64,000 nucleotides of DNA from Candidatus Staskawiczbacteria bacterium (GCA_903835075.1 CAILLM010000008.1:25498-89497); one strand, 5' to 3'; numbered from the stretch's first letter, positions 8,637 through 17,641 are shown. The notes: generated from the sequence alone by a model not told the origin. Program-made: numbers and translations.

Positions 8637-8826
8637 CTTCGCTATAGCTCAGCGTAAACAAATAAAATCTCAATAAAATTAAATTAAAAAAATTAAACAA
8701 TTAAAAATGATTACACAAAGACACCCAGCCAGACCTGGCGGGTACAATAGAAAACCTTTGTCCCCCGCTGGGGCCAAAGAAGGACCACGGGCATATCCCG
8801 CTTGGCCAGAAAATAACCCCGCACCC

Positions 8827-10533
8827 ATGCCTACCGGCAGGCAGGCAATAAAAGTTTGGCGCGGAGATAATTCACTAAAAATAATTCCTCTTGGAGGATG
8901 CGAAGAAGTTGGAAGAAACATGACCTGTTTTGAATATGGACAAGATATTGTTCTGTTAGATATGGGCCTACAATTTCCAGAAGAAGATATGCCAGGAATT
9001 GATTATGTAATTCCAAATGTAGAATATTTAAAAGGAAAAGAAAAAAATATTCGTGGAGTTATATTTTCACACGGGCACTTAGACCACATTGGAGCAGCCG
9101 CAATTTTATTGCCAAAATTGGGCAACCCCCAAATAATTGGCAGGCCACTAACCCTTGAGATGGTAAAGCACCGCGTTGAAGATTTGCAAAGAGGCGCTTC
9201 AAAAAAATTGAAAACTCTTTACATAGAAAATTTGCAACAAAAAATAAATTTGGGATCTTTTACGCTTTCATTTTTCCAAATTGAGCACGCCATTATGGAC
9301 GCTGTTGGAGTAATTTTGGAAACACCAGATGGAACAATAATCCACCCTGGCGACTGGACAATTGAAAAAAATCCACAAGGCAGACCAGAAATTGATTATG
9401 GGCATTTAGCTAACATAAAAAGACCAACAATTTTAATGTTGGAATCTTTGGGGGCCACAAATTCCAAAGAACCTGTTACTGAAGAGGAAATGTTGAATAA
9501 CCTTTATAATTTAATCAACAAAGCACCTGGCAGAATTATTATCGCTACATTTTCTTCACAAATTCAAAGAATAAGACAAATTTTAGAGCACGCGGCAAAA
9601 ACCAACAAAAAAGTTGCGCTAGATGGTTTTTCAATGAAGTTAAACATAGAGCTTGCAACAAAACTTGGCTACATTAAAATTCCTAAAGGAGTAATAATTC
9701 CAATAGATAAAATTCATACAGTACCAGACAACAAAGTTGTTGTAATTTGCACAGGAGGACAAGGTGAAGAAATGGCAGCACTTTCAAGAATTGTTGCCGG
9801 CAACCACAGATTTATTAAAATCAAGAAAGAAGACACCGTTGTCTTTTCCTCATCGGTTATCCCAGGAAACGAGCGCACGGTTCAAAGAGTAAAAGACAAC
9901 CTTTACAGACAAAGCGACAATGTTTACCATTCAGATATTATTGATGTTCACATTTCAGGACACAGCAACATAGATGGAATAAAGCACATGCTAAGAGAAA
10001 TTAAGCCAGATTATTTTATCCCTGTTTATGCTAACCACTACTTCTTAAAAGAAGCTTCAAAAATTGCTCAAGGAATGGGCTTTAGAAAAGACAGAATTTT
10101 TGTGCCAGACAATGGTTCAATTATAAAATTCACCCAAAATAGTGCAGAAATTTTGAAAGAAAAGGTTCCTGTAAATTATGTTTTTGTTGACGGTTTGGGA
10201 GTTGGCGATGTTGGAGAAATTGTTTTACGTGACAGACAAATGTTGGCAGAAGATGGAATGTTTGTTATTGTTACTGTAATAGACAAAAGAACCGGGCAAG
10301 TGCGTGGCAGCCCAGATATTATTTCCCGCGGATTTATTTATTTGCGAGAATCTAAAGATTTGCTTGCTCAAACACGTAAAAAAGTTATTGAAATTGTAGA
10401 TAAATCTGCTGGTCACGGAGGAGCTATAAACTGGACCTATGTTAAAGATGAAATAAGAAACAAAGTTGGCGACTTCTTAGCGACCAAAACCTCCCGCAGA
10501 CCAATGATTTTACCAGTTGTTATTGAAGTTTAA
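8827..10533 (+). CDS. rnj: Ribonuclease J (metallo-beta-lactamase / beta-CASP RNase)
   Basis: LKIIPLGGCEEVGRNMTCFEY, HGHLDHIG and full RNase J architecture. The track start at 8707 adds a GC-rich 40-aa extension with no homology; the in-frame ATG at 8827 (MPTGRQAIKVWRGDNSLKIIPLGG) is the more plausible start, still upstream of the conserved N-terminus. Confidence 0.8.
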   Translation: MPTGRQAIKVWRGDNSLKIIPLGGCEEVGRNMTCFEYGQDIVLLDMGLQFPEEDMPGIDYVIPNVEYLKGKEKNIRGVIFSHGHLDHIGAAAILLPKLGNPQIIGRPLTLEMVKHRVEDLQRGASKKLKTLYIENLQQKINLGSFTLSFFQIEHAIMDAVGVILETPDGTIIHPGDWTIEKNPQGRPEIDYGHLANIKRPTILMLESLGATNSKEPVTEEEMLNNLYNLINKAPGRIIIATFSSQIQRIRQILEHAAKTNKKVALDGFSMKLNIELATKLGYIKIPKGVIIPIDKIHTVPDNKVVVICTGGQGEEMAALSRIVAGNHRFIKIKKEDTVVFSSSVIPGNERTVQRVKDNLYRQSDNVYHSDIIDVHISGHSNIDGIKHMLREIKPDYFIPVYANHYFLKEASKIAQGMGFRKDRIFVPDNGSIIKFTQNSAEILKEKVPVNYVFVDGLGVGDVGEIVLRDRQMLAEDGMFVIVTVIDKRTGQVRGSPDIISRGFIYLRESKDLLAQTRKKVIEIVDKSAGHGGAINWTYVKDEIRNKVGDFLATKTSRRPMILPVVIEV

Positions 10534-10562
10534 TTTAAATTAAAAATTTAAAATTAAAAATT

Positions 10563-11540
10563 ATGCGCATTTTTAGCGGCATCCGCCCTACTGGCGGGCT
10601 ACATATAGGAAATTATTTAGGAGCTATAAAGCAATGGATTGCTTTGCAAGAAACCAATGAATGCATTTTTTGCATTGTTGATTTGCATGCAATCACAACG
10701 CCTTACGACCCCAAAGAACTTCAAAAAAACATACTAGAAGCTACTGCAATTTATTTAGCAGCCGGCATAGATCCCGAAAAATCTATTATTTTTGTGCAAT
10801 CTGAAGTTAAAGAGCATTCTGAGTTAGCTTGGCTTCTAGAAACTATAACCCCAATGGGTGAACTTTCCCGTATGACACAATTTAAAGAAAAGTCTAAACA
10901 ATATAAGGACTATGTAAACGCAGGATTATTTAACTACCCTGTTTTAATGGCTGGTGACATTCTTTTATACCGCGCAAAAGCCGTACCTGTTGGAAAGGAC
11001 CAAGAACAACATGTAGAATTATCTCGCACAATTGCCAGAAAGTTTAATCAGAAATTTGGACAAATTTTTCCAGAACCAGAAACTATTTTACCAAAAACAG
11101 GAGCCAAAATAATGAGCTTAACTGACCCCAAAAAGAAAATGTCTAAGTCAGATGACCCAAAATCATGCATTTCTCTTTTTGACACGCCAGAAGATATTAC
11201 AAAGAAAATAATGTCTGCTGAAACTGATTCTGGCAAAGATGTAATTTACAACGTCACCAAAAAACCTGGCATCTCTAACCTTTTAACTATTTATCATTTA
11301 TTAACCGACACACCAATTCCTGAAATTGAAAAACAATTCAAAGGAAAAGGATACGGCGACTTTAAAAAAGCCTTAGCAAAAGTTGTAGTTGATTATTTGG
11401 AGCCATTCCGAAGAAAACAAAAAGAATTACAAACCCGCGACGTTTATGTAAAAGACATTTTAGAAAAAGGCGCCGAAAGAGCCCGAACAATTGCCGAAAC
11501 CACTATGAAAGAAGTTCATGAAAAAATGGGTCTTTCATAA
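10563..11540 (+). CDS. trpS: Tryptophanyl-tRNA synthetase
   Basis: Class I HIGH-type N-terminus (GIRPTGGLHIGNYLGA), KMSKS (KKMSKSD), ~325 aa. Confidence 0.85.
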   Translation: MRIFSGIRPTGGLHIGNYLGAIKQWIALQETNECIFCIVDLHAITTPYDPKELQKNILEATAIYLAAGIDPEKSIIFVQSEVKEHSELAWLLETITPMGELSRMTQFKEKSKQYKDYVNAGLFNYPVLMAGDILLYRAKAVPVGKDQEQHVELSRTIARKFNQKFGQIFPEPETILPKTGAKIMSLTDPKKKMSKSDDPKSCISLFDTPEDITKKIMSAETDSGKDVIYNVTKKPGISNLLTIYHLLTDTPIPEIEKQFKGKGYGDFKKALAKVVVDYLEPFRRKQKELQTRDVYVKDILEKGAERARTIAETTMKEVHEKMGLS

Positions 11541-11557
11541 ATTAAAACATTAAAAAA

Positions 11558-11596
11558 CAGCCGGGGTACCCATTTGGGTCCCGGCTGTTTTTATTT
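11558..11596. terminator. Bidirectional rho-independent terminator between trpS and the phosphohexomutase gene
   Basis: CAGCCGGGGtacccatttgggTCCCGGCTG hairpin flanked by A-run and T-run. Confidence 0.7.
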
Positions 11597-12924
11597 TATT
11601 TTTTAATCAATTTAGTTAGTTCTTTTATTTTTTGATCTAAAAGTTTTTGCGTGTCAGCCTCAATTGTTAGACGCAACAAGGGCTCAGTATTGGACGGTCG
11701 GGCATTAAACCACCAATCTTCATATCTAACGGTTATGCCGTCTATAAAATCTTGCGACACATCTGAATATTTTTTCTTAATTTTTTCCAAAATAGCTGTT
11801 TTATCGTTAACCGTAAAATTTATTTCGGGCGTTTTGAAATACTTATAAAAAGGTTTCACTATTTCTGAAAGTGGCTGATTGTAAGCAGACAATAATTGAA
11901 GTAAAATTACAAAAGCGATAAATCCGGAATCAGAATAGCCATTGTCGCGAAAACAATAATGCGAAGACAGTTCTCCACCCATGATACTCCCATGCTCACG
12001 CATTAAAGTAGAAATAAATATATATCCAACCCTAGAAGCAATCGCCTCTCCGCCCCATTTTTTGACCATTTCAGGCACTATTTTTGAACACACAACATTG
12101 TAAACAATGCTAGCACCAGGTTCTCTTTCTATAAATAATTTTGCGAGCAAGAGCAATGTTATGTCCGCAGGTATTACAACTCCCCTTTCATCTATAAAAA
12201 TTAGCCTATCAGTGTCTCCATCAAAAATAACACCAAAATCAGCCTTTTCTTTTACGATGGTTTCACAGATTTCTTTTTGTGACTCTGGCAACAACGGGTT
12301 AGAAGGATGAGCAGGAAAATGACCGTCCAATTTAAAATTCAAAGACACTATATTTAACGGCAATCCTTCTGTTAAAATAGGGATTATCTTACCCGCCATG
12401 CCATTACCCGCATCTACCACAACCTTAAATGGTTTTATTTTATCAACGTTGATGAAACTTAAAATATGACTTATAAAGCCCGGCATGATATTCTCTTCTC
12501 TGACCTCACCCTTAACATCGCTAATTTTTTCTGATAAATTTGTTACCTCTTCCAGCATTCCTGATACCACTACCCATTTCATATTTTTTAAAACCATTTT
12601 AAAACCGTTGTAATCAGAAGGATTATGTGAAGCAGTCACCATAATTCCCGCTTCATCTCCCAATTTATTCACGCAAAAATAAACAGCATCAATTGGCACC
12701 AATCCAATATCTTTTACATTTACGCCTTCATCGGTAATGCCATTAATTAGTGCACTTTTAAGCACTGAGCCGGAAAGCCTCATGTCCGAACCCACTGTTA
12801 TTTTTTTAGCCTTAGAATGTTTGGCAAAAGCACGCCCAATCAAATAGGCCGAATTTTCATCAAGCTCAGATGGATATATGCCACGGATATCGTAAGACTT
12901 AAATATGTTATAATTAATTTCCAT
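11596..12924 (-). CDS. Phosphoglucomutase/phosphomannomutase (alpha-D-phosphohexomutase family)
   Basis: Active-site loop TASHNP, SYDIRGIYP N-terminus, four-domain length (442 aa). Confidence 0.8.
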   Translation of the reverse strand: MEINYNIFKSYDIRGIYPSELDENSAYLIGRAFAKHSKAKKITVGSDMRLSGSVLKSALINGITDEGVNVKDIGLVPIDAVYFCVNKLGDEAGIMVTASHNPSDYNGFKMVLKNMKWVVVSGMLEEVTNLSEKISDVKGEVREENIMPGFISHILSFINVDKIKPFKVVVDAGNGMAGKIIPILTEGLPLNIVSLNFKLDGHFPAHPSNPLLPESQKEICETIVKEKADFGVIFDGDTDRLIFIDERGVVIPADITLLLLAKLFIEREPGASIVYNVVCSKIVPEMVKKWGGEAIASRVGYIFISTLMREHGSIMGGELSSHYCFRDNGYSDSGFIAFVILLQLLSAYNQPLSEIVKPFYKYFKTPEINFTVNDKTAILEKIKKKYSDVSQDFIDGITVRYEDWWFNARPSNTEPLLRLTIEADTQKLLDQKIKELTKLIKK

Positions 12925-12979
12925 TTTATTTATTCATATATTATACATAAATAATAATCTAAAATCCAGCAAACAGGGG

Positions 12980-13018
12980 TTGATTTTATAGACATCTTCT
13001 GTTATAATGCGGTATAAT
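12980..13018 (+). promoter_or_regulatory. Putative sigma70 promoter of the rpsF-ssb-rpsR operon (TTGATT-N18-TATAAT, second TATAAT 9 nt downstream)
   Basis: TTGATTttatagacatcttctgtTATAATgcggTATAAT read directly. Confidence 0.5.
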
Positions 13019-13102
13019 AAATTAAATGGAATGTGATCTTCCATGCGTCTGCGTGCAGACGTCTTGAAGCTAAAACTTCAGGATTTCATGTTCTACAAAC
13101 AA
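13019..13102 (+). promoter_or_regulatory. Structured 5' leader of rpsF (two hairpins: CGTCTG..CAGACG and CTGAAG..CTTCAG); candidate S6:S18 autoregulatory leader
   Basis: Two inverted repeats sit between the promoter and the ATG at 13103. A conserved rpsF leader bound by the S6:S18 complex is known in many bacteria. Confidence 0.3.
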
Positions 13103-13618
13103 ATGAAAACATACGAATTAGCGTATATAATTTCTCCGGAAATAACATCCGAAGAAGCCACAGCCAAGGCACAAGAAATAGAATCTGCTATACAAAGCAG
13201 AGAAGGAACAATTGTAAAACAACAAAATCCTGTTGCTAGAACTCTTTCCTATCAAATAGAAAAAAGAGCTTCAGGATATTTTGGAGTTATAGAATTTCAA
13301 TTAGAGCCTGAAAAATTATTAGAAGTAAAAGACATTGTTGCCAAAGATAAAAAAATTGTGAGACATATGCTTGTGATAAAAGAAGCTGCTGAGTTTAAAA
13401 AAGCAAGAAGAACTCGCGAAACTCCAAAAGTAAAAGTAGAAGCCGAAGAACTTTCTGTTTTTTCAACAACGCCTCTTACGGACGAGACAAAAGTAGAAGT
13501 TGAAACTCCAAAAGTAGAAGAAGAGGAAGCAGAAGACTCACCTACCAAAAAAGAAGCTAAAGAAAAAGTTGAATTAAAAGATATTGAACACGAATTAGAC
13601 GAAATATTAGGAGAATAA
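13103..13618 (+). CDS. rpsF: 30S ribosomal protein S6 with acidic/lysine-rich C-terminal extension
   Basis: MKTYELAYIISPE...S6 fold consensus. The track start at 13043 adds 20 aa across the leader hairpin; the ATG at 13103 matches the canonical S6 N-terminus. Confidence 0.85.
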   Translation: MKTYELAYIISPEITSEEATAKAQEIESAIQSREGTIVKQQNPVARTLSYQIEKRASGYFGVIEFQLEPEKLLEVKDIVAKDKKIVRHMLVIKEAAEFKKARRTRETPKVKVEAEELSVFSTTPLTDETKVEVETPKVEEEEAEDSPTKKEAKEKVELKDIEHELDEILGE

Positions 13619-13636
13619 TTAATTTAATAAATTATT

Positions 13637-14182
13637 ATGAATCTAAATAAAGCATTCGTTCTTGGCAACGTCACCCGTGAACCAGAAGTAAAAAATTTGC
13701 CATCGGGGCAACAAGTAACAAACTTTAGCATTGCCACAAACAGATTTCACACTTCGGGATCTGGAGAAAAAAAACAAGAAGCAGAGTTTCATAATATTGT
13801 TTGCTTTGGCAAGTTAGCCGACATATCAGCAAGATATTTAACAAAGGGCGGACTAGTGTTAATAGAAGGAAGAATCCAAACAAGAAATTGGACAAACACC
13901 GCCGGGGCTAAACAATACAGAACAGAAATTATTGCCGAATCTTTGCAATTAGGGCCAAAAGGAGCGAGCATGACAACAGACAGCGGTAGTGGATATTCAA
14001 AAAAATCATATACCCCAAAATCCGAATCAGATGGGCAGGACTTACCACAAATGCCTTCTAATGAAATTCCTATCATTGAAGAAGATTATACTCCACCAGC
14101 AGATGACTCAGGAGACCACAAAACAGTTTCATTTGAAGATGATGCTGCAGATGAGATTGACGTTCGCGATATCCCCTTCTAG
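13637..14182 (+). CDS. ssb: Single-stranded DNA-binding protein
   Basis: OB-fold N-terminal domain (NKAFVLGNVTREPEV...FHNIVCFGKLAD...LVLIEGRIQTRNW), Gly/Ser-rich tail and the canonical acidic C-terminus ending DIPF. Confidence 0.9.
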   Translation: MNLNKAFVLGNVTREPEVKNLPSGQQVTNFSIATNRFHTSGSGEKKQEAEFHNIVCFGKLADISARYLTKGGLVLIEGRIQTRNWTNTAGAKQYRTEIIAESLQLGPKGASMTTDSGSGYSKKSYTPKSESDGQDLPQMPSNEIPIIEEDYTPPADDSGDHKTVSFEDDAADEIDVRDIPF

Positions 14183-14230
14183 AAATTTATCAGCCATATT
14201 AATCAACTTTTAAGTATTAGAGAATATTTT

Positions 14231-14923
14231 ATGTCTTCTAAAGCATACTACTTAAAAAATCGAGACGAAATATTGCGGAAAAAGAGGGCATATTATGAAA
14301 AAAATAAGCCCGTCCTAAAAGAAAAATTAAAACTTTCTGGTAAAAAATGGTACGCAAAGAATAAAGAAAATGTCCAAATATTACATAGGGAATATTACAA
14401 AAATAATATTGCAAAAGAATCTGAACGTCATAAAATAATCTATCTGAAAAATAAGGATAGTATATTAGAAAAAAGTAAAAAATATTATTTGGAAAATTTG
14501 GAAACTATTCGCCTTAGACATAAAAAATATAATAAAGACAATAAAGATAAACTATCTGATTACAAGGGCACGTGGCAAAAAATCAGGAGAAAAATAAACC
14601 CACGGTGGAAATTAGATGAGAATATGGGCAGGGCACTATGGTCATCATTAAAAAGTAAAAAAGCAGGTAAAAAATGGGAGCACTTTGTCGAATATAATCT
14701 AGATCAATTAATGCAACATTTAGAGGGAAAGTTTGACGAAAAAATGAATTGGGATAATTATGGAAGTTATTGGGCAGTTGACCATATAAAACCGAAAACC
14801 TTGTTTTTATACTTTTCTGAAAATGATTCAGAATTTAAACAATGTTGGGCATTAGAAAATTTACAACCATTAGAAAAAGTAGAAAACATTAAAAAAGGTA
14901 ATCGATATATAAGCAATAAATAA
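14231..14923 (+). CDS. HNH endonuclease-domain protein (homing-endonuclease-like) with an N-terminal Lys/Tyr-rich repeat region, inserted between ssb and rpsR
   Basis: C-terminal WAVDHIKP...ENLQPLEKVENIKKGN matches the HNH (HNH_3-type) His-Asn core. The N-terminus has repeated YY-KNK motifs. Markedly AT-rich even for this window. Confidence 0.6.
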   Translation: MSSKAYYLKNRDEILRKKRAYYEKNKPVLKEKLKLSGKKWYAKNKENVQILHREYYKNNIAKESERHKIIYLKNKDSILEKSKKYYLENLETIRLRHKKYNKDNKDKLSDYKGTWQKIRRKINPRWKLDENMGRALWSSLKSKKAGKKWEHFVEYNLDQLMQHLEGKFDEKMNWDNYGSYWAVDHIKPKTLFLYFSENDSEFKQCWALENLQPLEKVENIKKGNRYISNK

Positions 14924-14997
14924 AAAAATAAACAAGCGGAACAAGAAATATTTTCTGGCATAGCCAAAAAATATTTTCGCCCTCTGCTAAAAATAAA

Positions 14998-15192
14998 ATG
15001 TGTTACTTTTGTCAGAAAAATATTGATAGCGTAGATTTCAAAAATATAGAATTGTTATCAAAATTTATTTCAGGTTTTTATAAAATAAAACCAAGAAAAA
15101 AAACCAACCTTTGCATGTATCACCAAAAAAAGGTTGCCACAGCAGTAAAAAGAGCAAGACAATTAGGCTTACTCCCATTTACTCCAAAGTAA
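14998..15192 (+). CDS. rpsR: 30S ribosomal protein S18
   Basis: CYFCQKNIDSVDFKNIELLSKFIS...RARQLGLLPF matches the S18 consensus. Confidence 0.85.
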   Translation: MCYFCQKNIDSVDFKNIELLSKFISGFYKIKPRKKTNLCMYHQKKVATAVKRARQLGLLPFTPK

Positions 15193-15206
15193 GCAAACAA
15201 ATTAAA

Positions 15207-15236
15207 AACAGCCCTTCGCGGGGCTGTTTTTGTTTA
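15207..15236 (+). terminator. Rho-independent terminator after rpsR
   Basis: CAGCCCttcgcgGGGCTG followed by TTTTTGTTT. Confidence 0.7.
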
Positions 15237-15371
15237 GCGAGGTAGTGAATTCGTAGCGTACCCTGCAGGCAATTTTGCAAGGTTCGCCGAAGGCGAAAAA
15301 TTGCCGAAGCCTGAGTGAGTTGCACGCTGGCGCAACGAACGCTAGCGAAGAATTTACTGTCGAGCGATAAA
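15237..15371. repeat. GC-rich ~135-bp intergenic element with imperfect terminal inverted repeats (AGTGAATTCGTAGCG ... CGCTAGCGAAGAATTTACT), related to the dispersed GC-rich repeat family
   Basis: Abrupt GC rise. Ends are reverse-complement-similar. TGAATTCGTAG is also present at 57784 and a related form at 57255. The GCGAAGG/CGAAG cores resemble the elements at 16420-16480 and 59991-60028. Confidence 0.4.
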
Positions 15372-16478
15372 TTACTCTTTTGGCTTTAGTACTTCTTTTT
15401 TTTCTTCACTTGCTTTTAAAGCTGCTGTTCTGACCTCTTTAAATAAATCTTTATCTGCCTTCAAGGCATTTTTTGTTTGTTCTACGCCAACTCCAAGCTT
15501 TCTTTCGCCAAAAGAAAATGTATTACCTGTTTGTTTTATTACTCCATGTAGCAAAGCTACCCTCAAAACATCAGCAGATTTTGAAATACCCTCATTATAA
15601 TAAATATCAAATTCAGCTGTTTTAAAAGGCGCTGCAACTTTATTTTTTACAATTTTTGCTTTTACCCTGTTTCCAATAATTTCTTCACCAGCTTTTATTT
15701 GAGCAGTGCGGGCCAAGTTAATTCTTACTGAAGCGTAAAACTTTAAAGCCAATCCACCAGGAGTTGTTTCGGGATTTCCAAAAACCATTCCAATTTTCAT
15801 TCTGGTTTGGTTTAAGAATATAACCATTGTGTTTGTTTTAGACATTATGGCAGAAAGCTTTCTACAGGCTTGCGACATAAGCCTTGCCTGCAAACCCATG
15901 TGCTGATCTCCAATTTCACCTTCAATTTCTCTTTGTGGAGTTAAAGCAGCAACTGAGTCAACAACAATAACGTCAATTGTGCCTGTTTTTACCAAAGTTT
16001 CCACAATTTGAAGTGCTTGCTCGCCACTATCTGGTTGCGAAATTAAAAGGTTATCCACGTCCACTCCAATGCGTCCGGCATAGTCGGGGTCCATTGCATG
16101 CTCTGCGTCAACAAAAGCACATGTACCGCCCTTTTTTTGCGCTTCAGCTATCACGTGAAGTGACAAAGTGGTCTTACCAGAAGACTCAGCCCCATATATT
16201 TCTATAATTCTTCCTCGAGGCATTCCACCAACGCCCAATGCCAAATCCATGGCAATTGAGCCTGTCGGTACAACATCAACATCAACCGCATGAATTTCGC
16301 GCATTTTCATAATTGCGCCCTCTCCAAAGCGCTCCTTAATTTCATCTAACGCACTATTTAATGCCTTGTTCTCTCCCGGCGCTGTAACTTTTTTTTCTTT
16401 TTTAGTATCTTTTGCCACGGTCTTGTGAGCGAGGCGAACAAGGTTGCTTCGGTCCCGCTGAGCGGGAACGCTGAACAC
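15372..16478 (-). CDS. recA: Recombinase RecA
   Basis: Walker A GAESSGKTT, the L1/L2 loop region and the full RecA core. The track start at 16478 is a GTG whose first 20 aa are encoded by a GC-rich repeat; the canonical N-terminus VAKDTKKEKK... begins at another GTG at 16418. Confidence 0.9.
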   Translation of the reverse strand: MFSVPAQRDRSNLVRLAHKTVAKDTKKEKKVTAPGENKALNSALDEIKERFGEGAIMKMREIHAVDVDVVPTGSIAMDLALGVGGMPRGRIIEIYGAESSGKTTLSLHVIAEAQKKGGTCAFVDAEHAMDPDYAGRIGVDVDNLLISQPDSGEQALQIVETLVKTGTIDVIVVDSVAALTPQREIEGEIGDQHMGLQARLMSQACRKLSAIMSKTNTMVIFLNQTRMKIGMVFGNPETTPGGLALKFYASVRINLARTAQIKAGEEIIGNRVKAKIVKNKVAAPFKTAEFDIYYNEGISKSADVLRVALLHGVIKQTGNTFSFGERKLGVGVEQTKNALKADKDLFKEVRTAALKASEEKKEVLKPKE

Positions 16479-16507
16479 ATTATTCGTTCGCGTTTATTTT
16501 TTAAAAC

Positions 16508-17617
16508 CTATTTTGTAAATTTAAAAGTGGAAAGGAAGCCTTGAAAATCTGCTATATCAAATGCTTGTGCCTCACTTTCTTTAGCAAACAAGGGGCTTGA
16601 AAAAGCTATTGTTACCAAAATTTTATTTGGTTTTTCTATATAAATATTGTAACCCTTATAAAAACCGTAAGGCTCTTGATCCGTTGGTCTTGCCACTCTC
16701 CCAGAAACAAATGTATTAAAAACCGCAGGGAAGCCATTAATATTAGTTTTTTGATAAGATTGATTATTTTTTGCTATATCATCAAGTGTATATCCTTTTT
16801 GAGTTGCAATTTCAAGTTGAGAAGTAGAATTACATTCTGGCGTAAGGTCAAAACAGGTTTGTTTTTGAGTTATTCTTATTGTTGGCATAAAATTACCATC
16901 TTCTTGAGTTGAAATATCTCCCCATTTTAAAGGATACTTAAAAGTAAATCCATATTTTTCATCTGAGTATATTTTCCACCCAGCGGTTTGGTCAATGGTA
17001 TTAGTTTTATTTTCTCTTTTAAAAACACTGACGTTTATATTTTTTTCTAAATTTGGTTGCATTTTTTTCCACTGAATTGAAAGGTCACCGCTTGGCATTG
17101 GAGTGACGGTAAATAAAACATCTCCTTTTTTAAATTGTTTATCTGTGTTATCTGCACCATATGAATCAAAAATAATGTCCATTGGACTTGTAGAATCTTT
17201 TATCGCAACAGCTGCATTAATTCTTGTTAAAGTTTGGAAGCCATCAATATTAACATATGTATATACGTGGCCATCGGCACCATCAACAATAGAAAATTTA
17301 TACATCCAATCTTCATTTGGCGGTGCAGATTCTTCAAATTGATAAGCTCCATACCACGAAAATGGTGCTTTAGTTGCAGATGACAAGCTATTTTGGATAT
17401 TCTTATTTTCAGAAGCCTGTTTTGAAATTAAAAAATATTGCCAGGCAAAAACTCCGCCAAAAACAATACCTGTAAATAATACAATTATTAAAATACCCAC
17501 CCAAGTAGAAATTTGTTTTTTCTGACCTGCCCTGAGCTTGTCGAAGGGTTTAGGCATTATTGGTGGCGTTGGCTGAACCGGCGAATTCATATTTTCTTGA
17601 TTTATATTTGGCTCCAT
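16508..17617 (-). CDS. Hypothetical membrane-anchored extracellular protein
   Basis: N-terminal TM helix (WVGILIIVLFTGIVFGGVFAW), no recognised domain. Contains the in-frame GC-rich insertion encoding PFDKLRAGQ at 17526-17550. Confidence 0.4.
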   Translation of the reverse strand: MEPNINQENMNSPVQPTPPIMPKPFDKLRAGQKKQISTWVGILIIVLFTGIVFGGVFAWQYFLISKQASENKNIQNSLSSATKAPFSWYGAYQFEESAPPNEDWMYKFSIVDGADGHVYTYVNIDGFQTLTRINAAVAIKDSTSPMDIIFDSYGADNTDKQFKKGDVLFTVTPMPSGDLSIQWKKMQPNLEKNINVSVFKRENKTNTIDQTAGWKIYSDEKYGFTFKYPLKWGDISTQEDGNFMPTIRITQKQTCFDLTPECNSTSQLEIATQKGYTLDDIAKNNQSYQKTNINGFPAVFNTFVSGRVARPTDQEPYGFYKGYNIYIEKPNKILVTIAFSSPLFAKESEAQAFDIADFQGFLSTFKFTK

Positions 17618-17641
17618 AAGTTTTTATCTTTTAATTTTAAA

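Noticed and set aside
8581-8640. A possible second tRNA downstream of tRNA-Leu
   Set aside because: Only the 3'-terminal 16 nt are tRNA-like; no T-arm, anticodon arm or acceptor pairing can be built. It is kept as a direct repeat instead.
8380-8921. Track ORFs 8380..8700(-) and 8679..8921(-)
   Set aside because: They overlap tRNA-Leu and the GC-rich leader on the opposite strand; their translations are low-complexity (GAGLFSGQAGYARG...), a typical artefact of GC-rich DNA.
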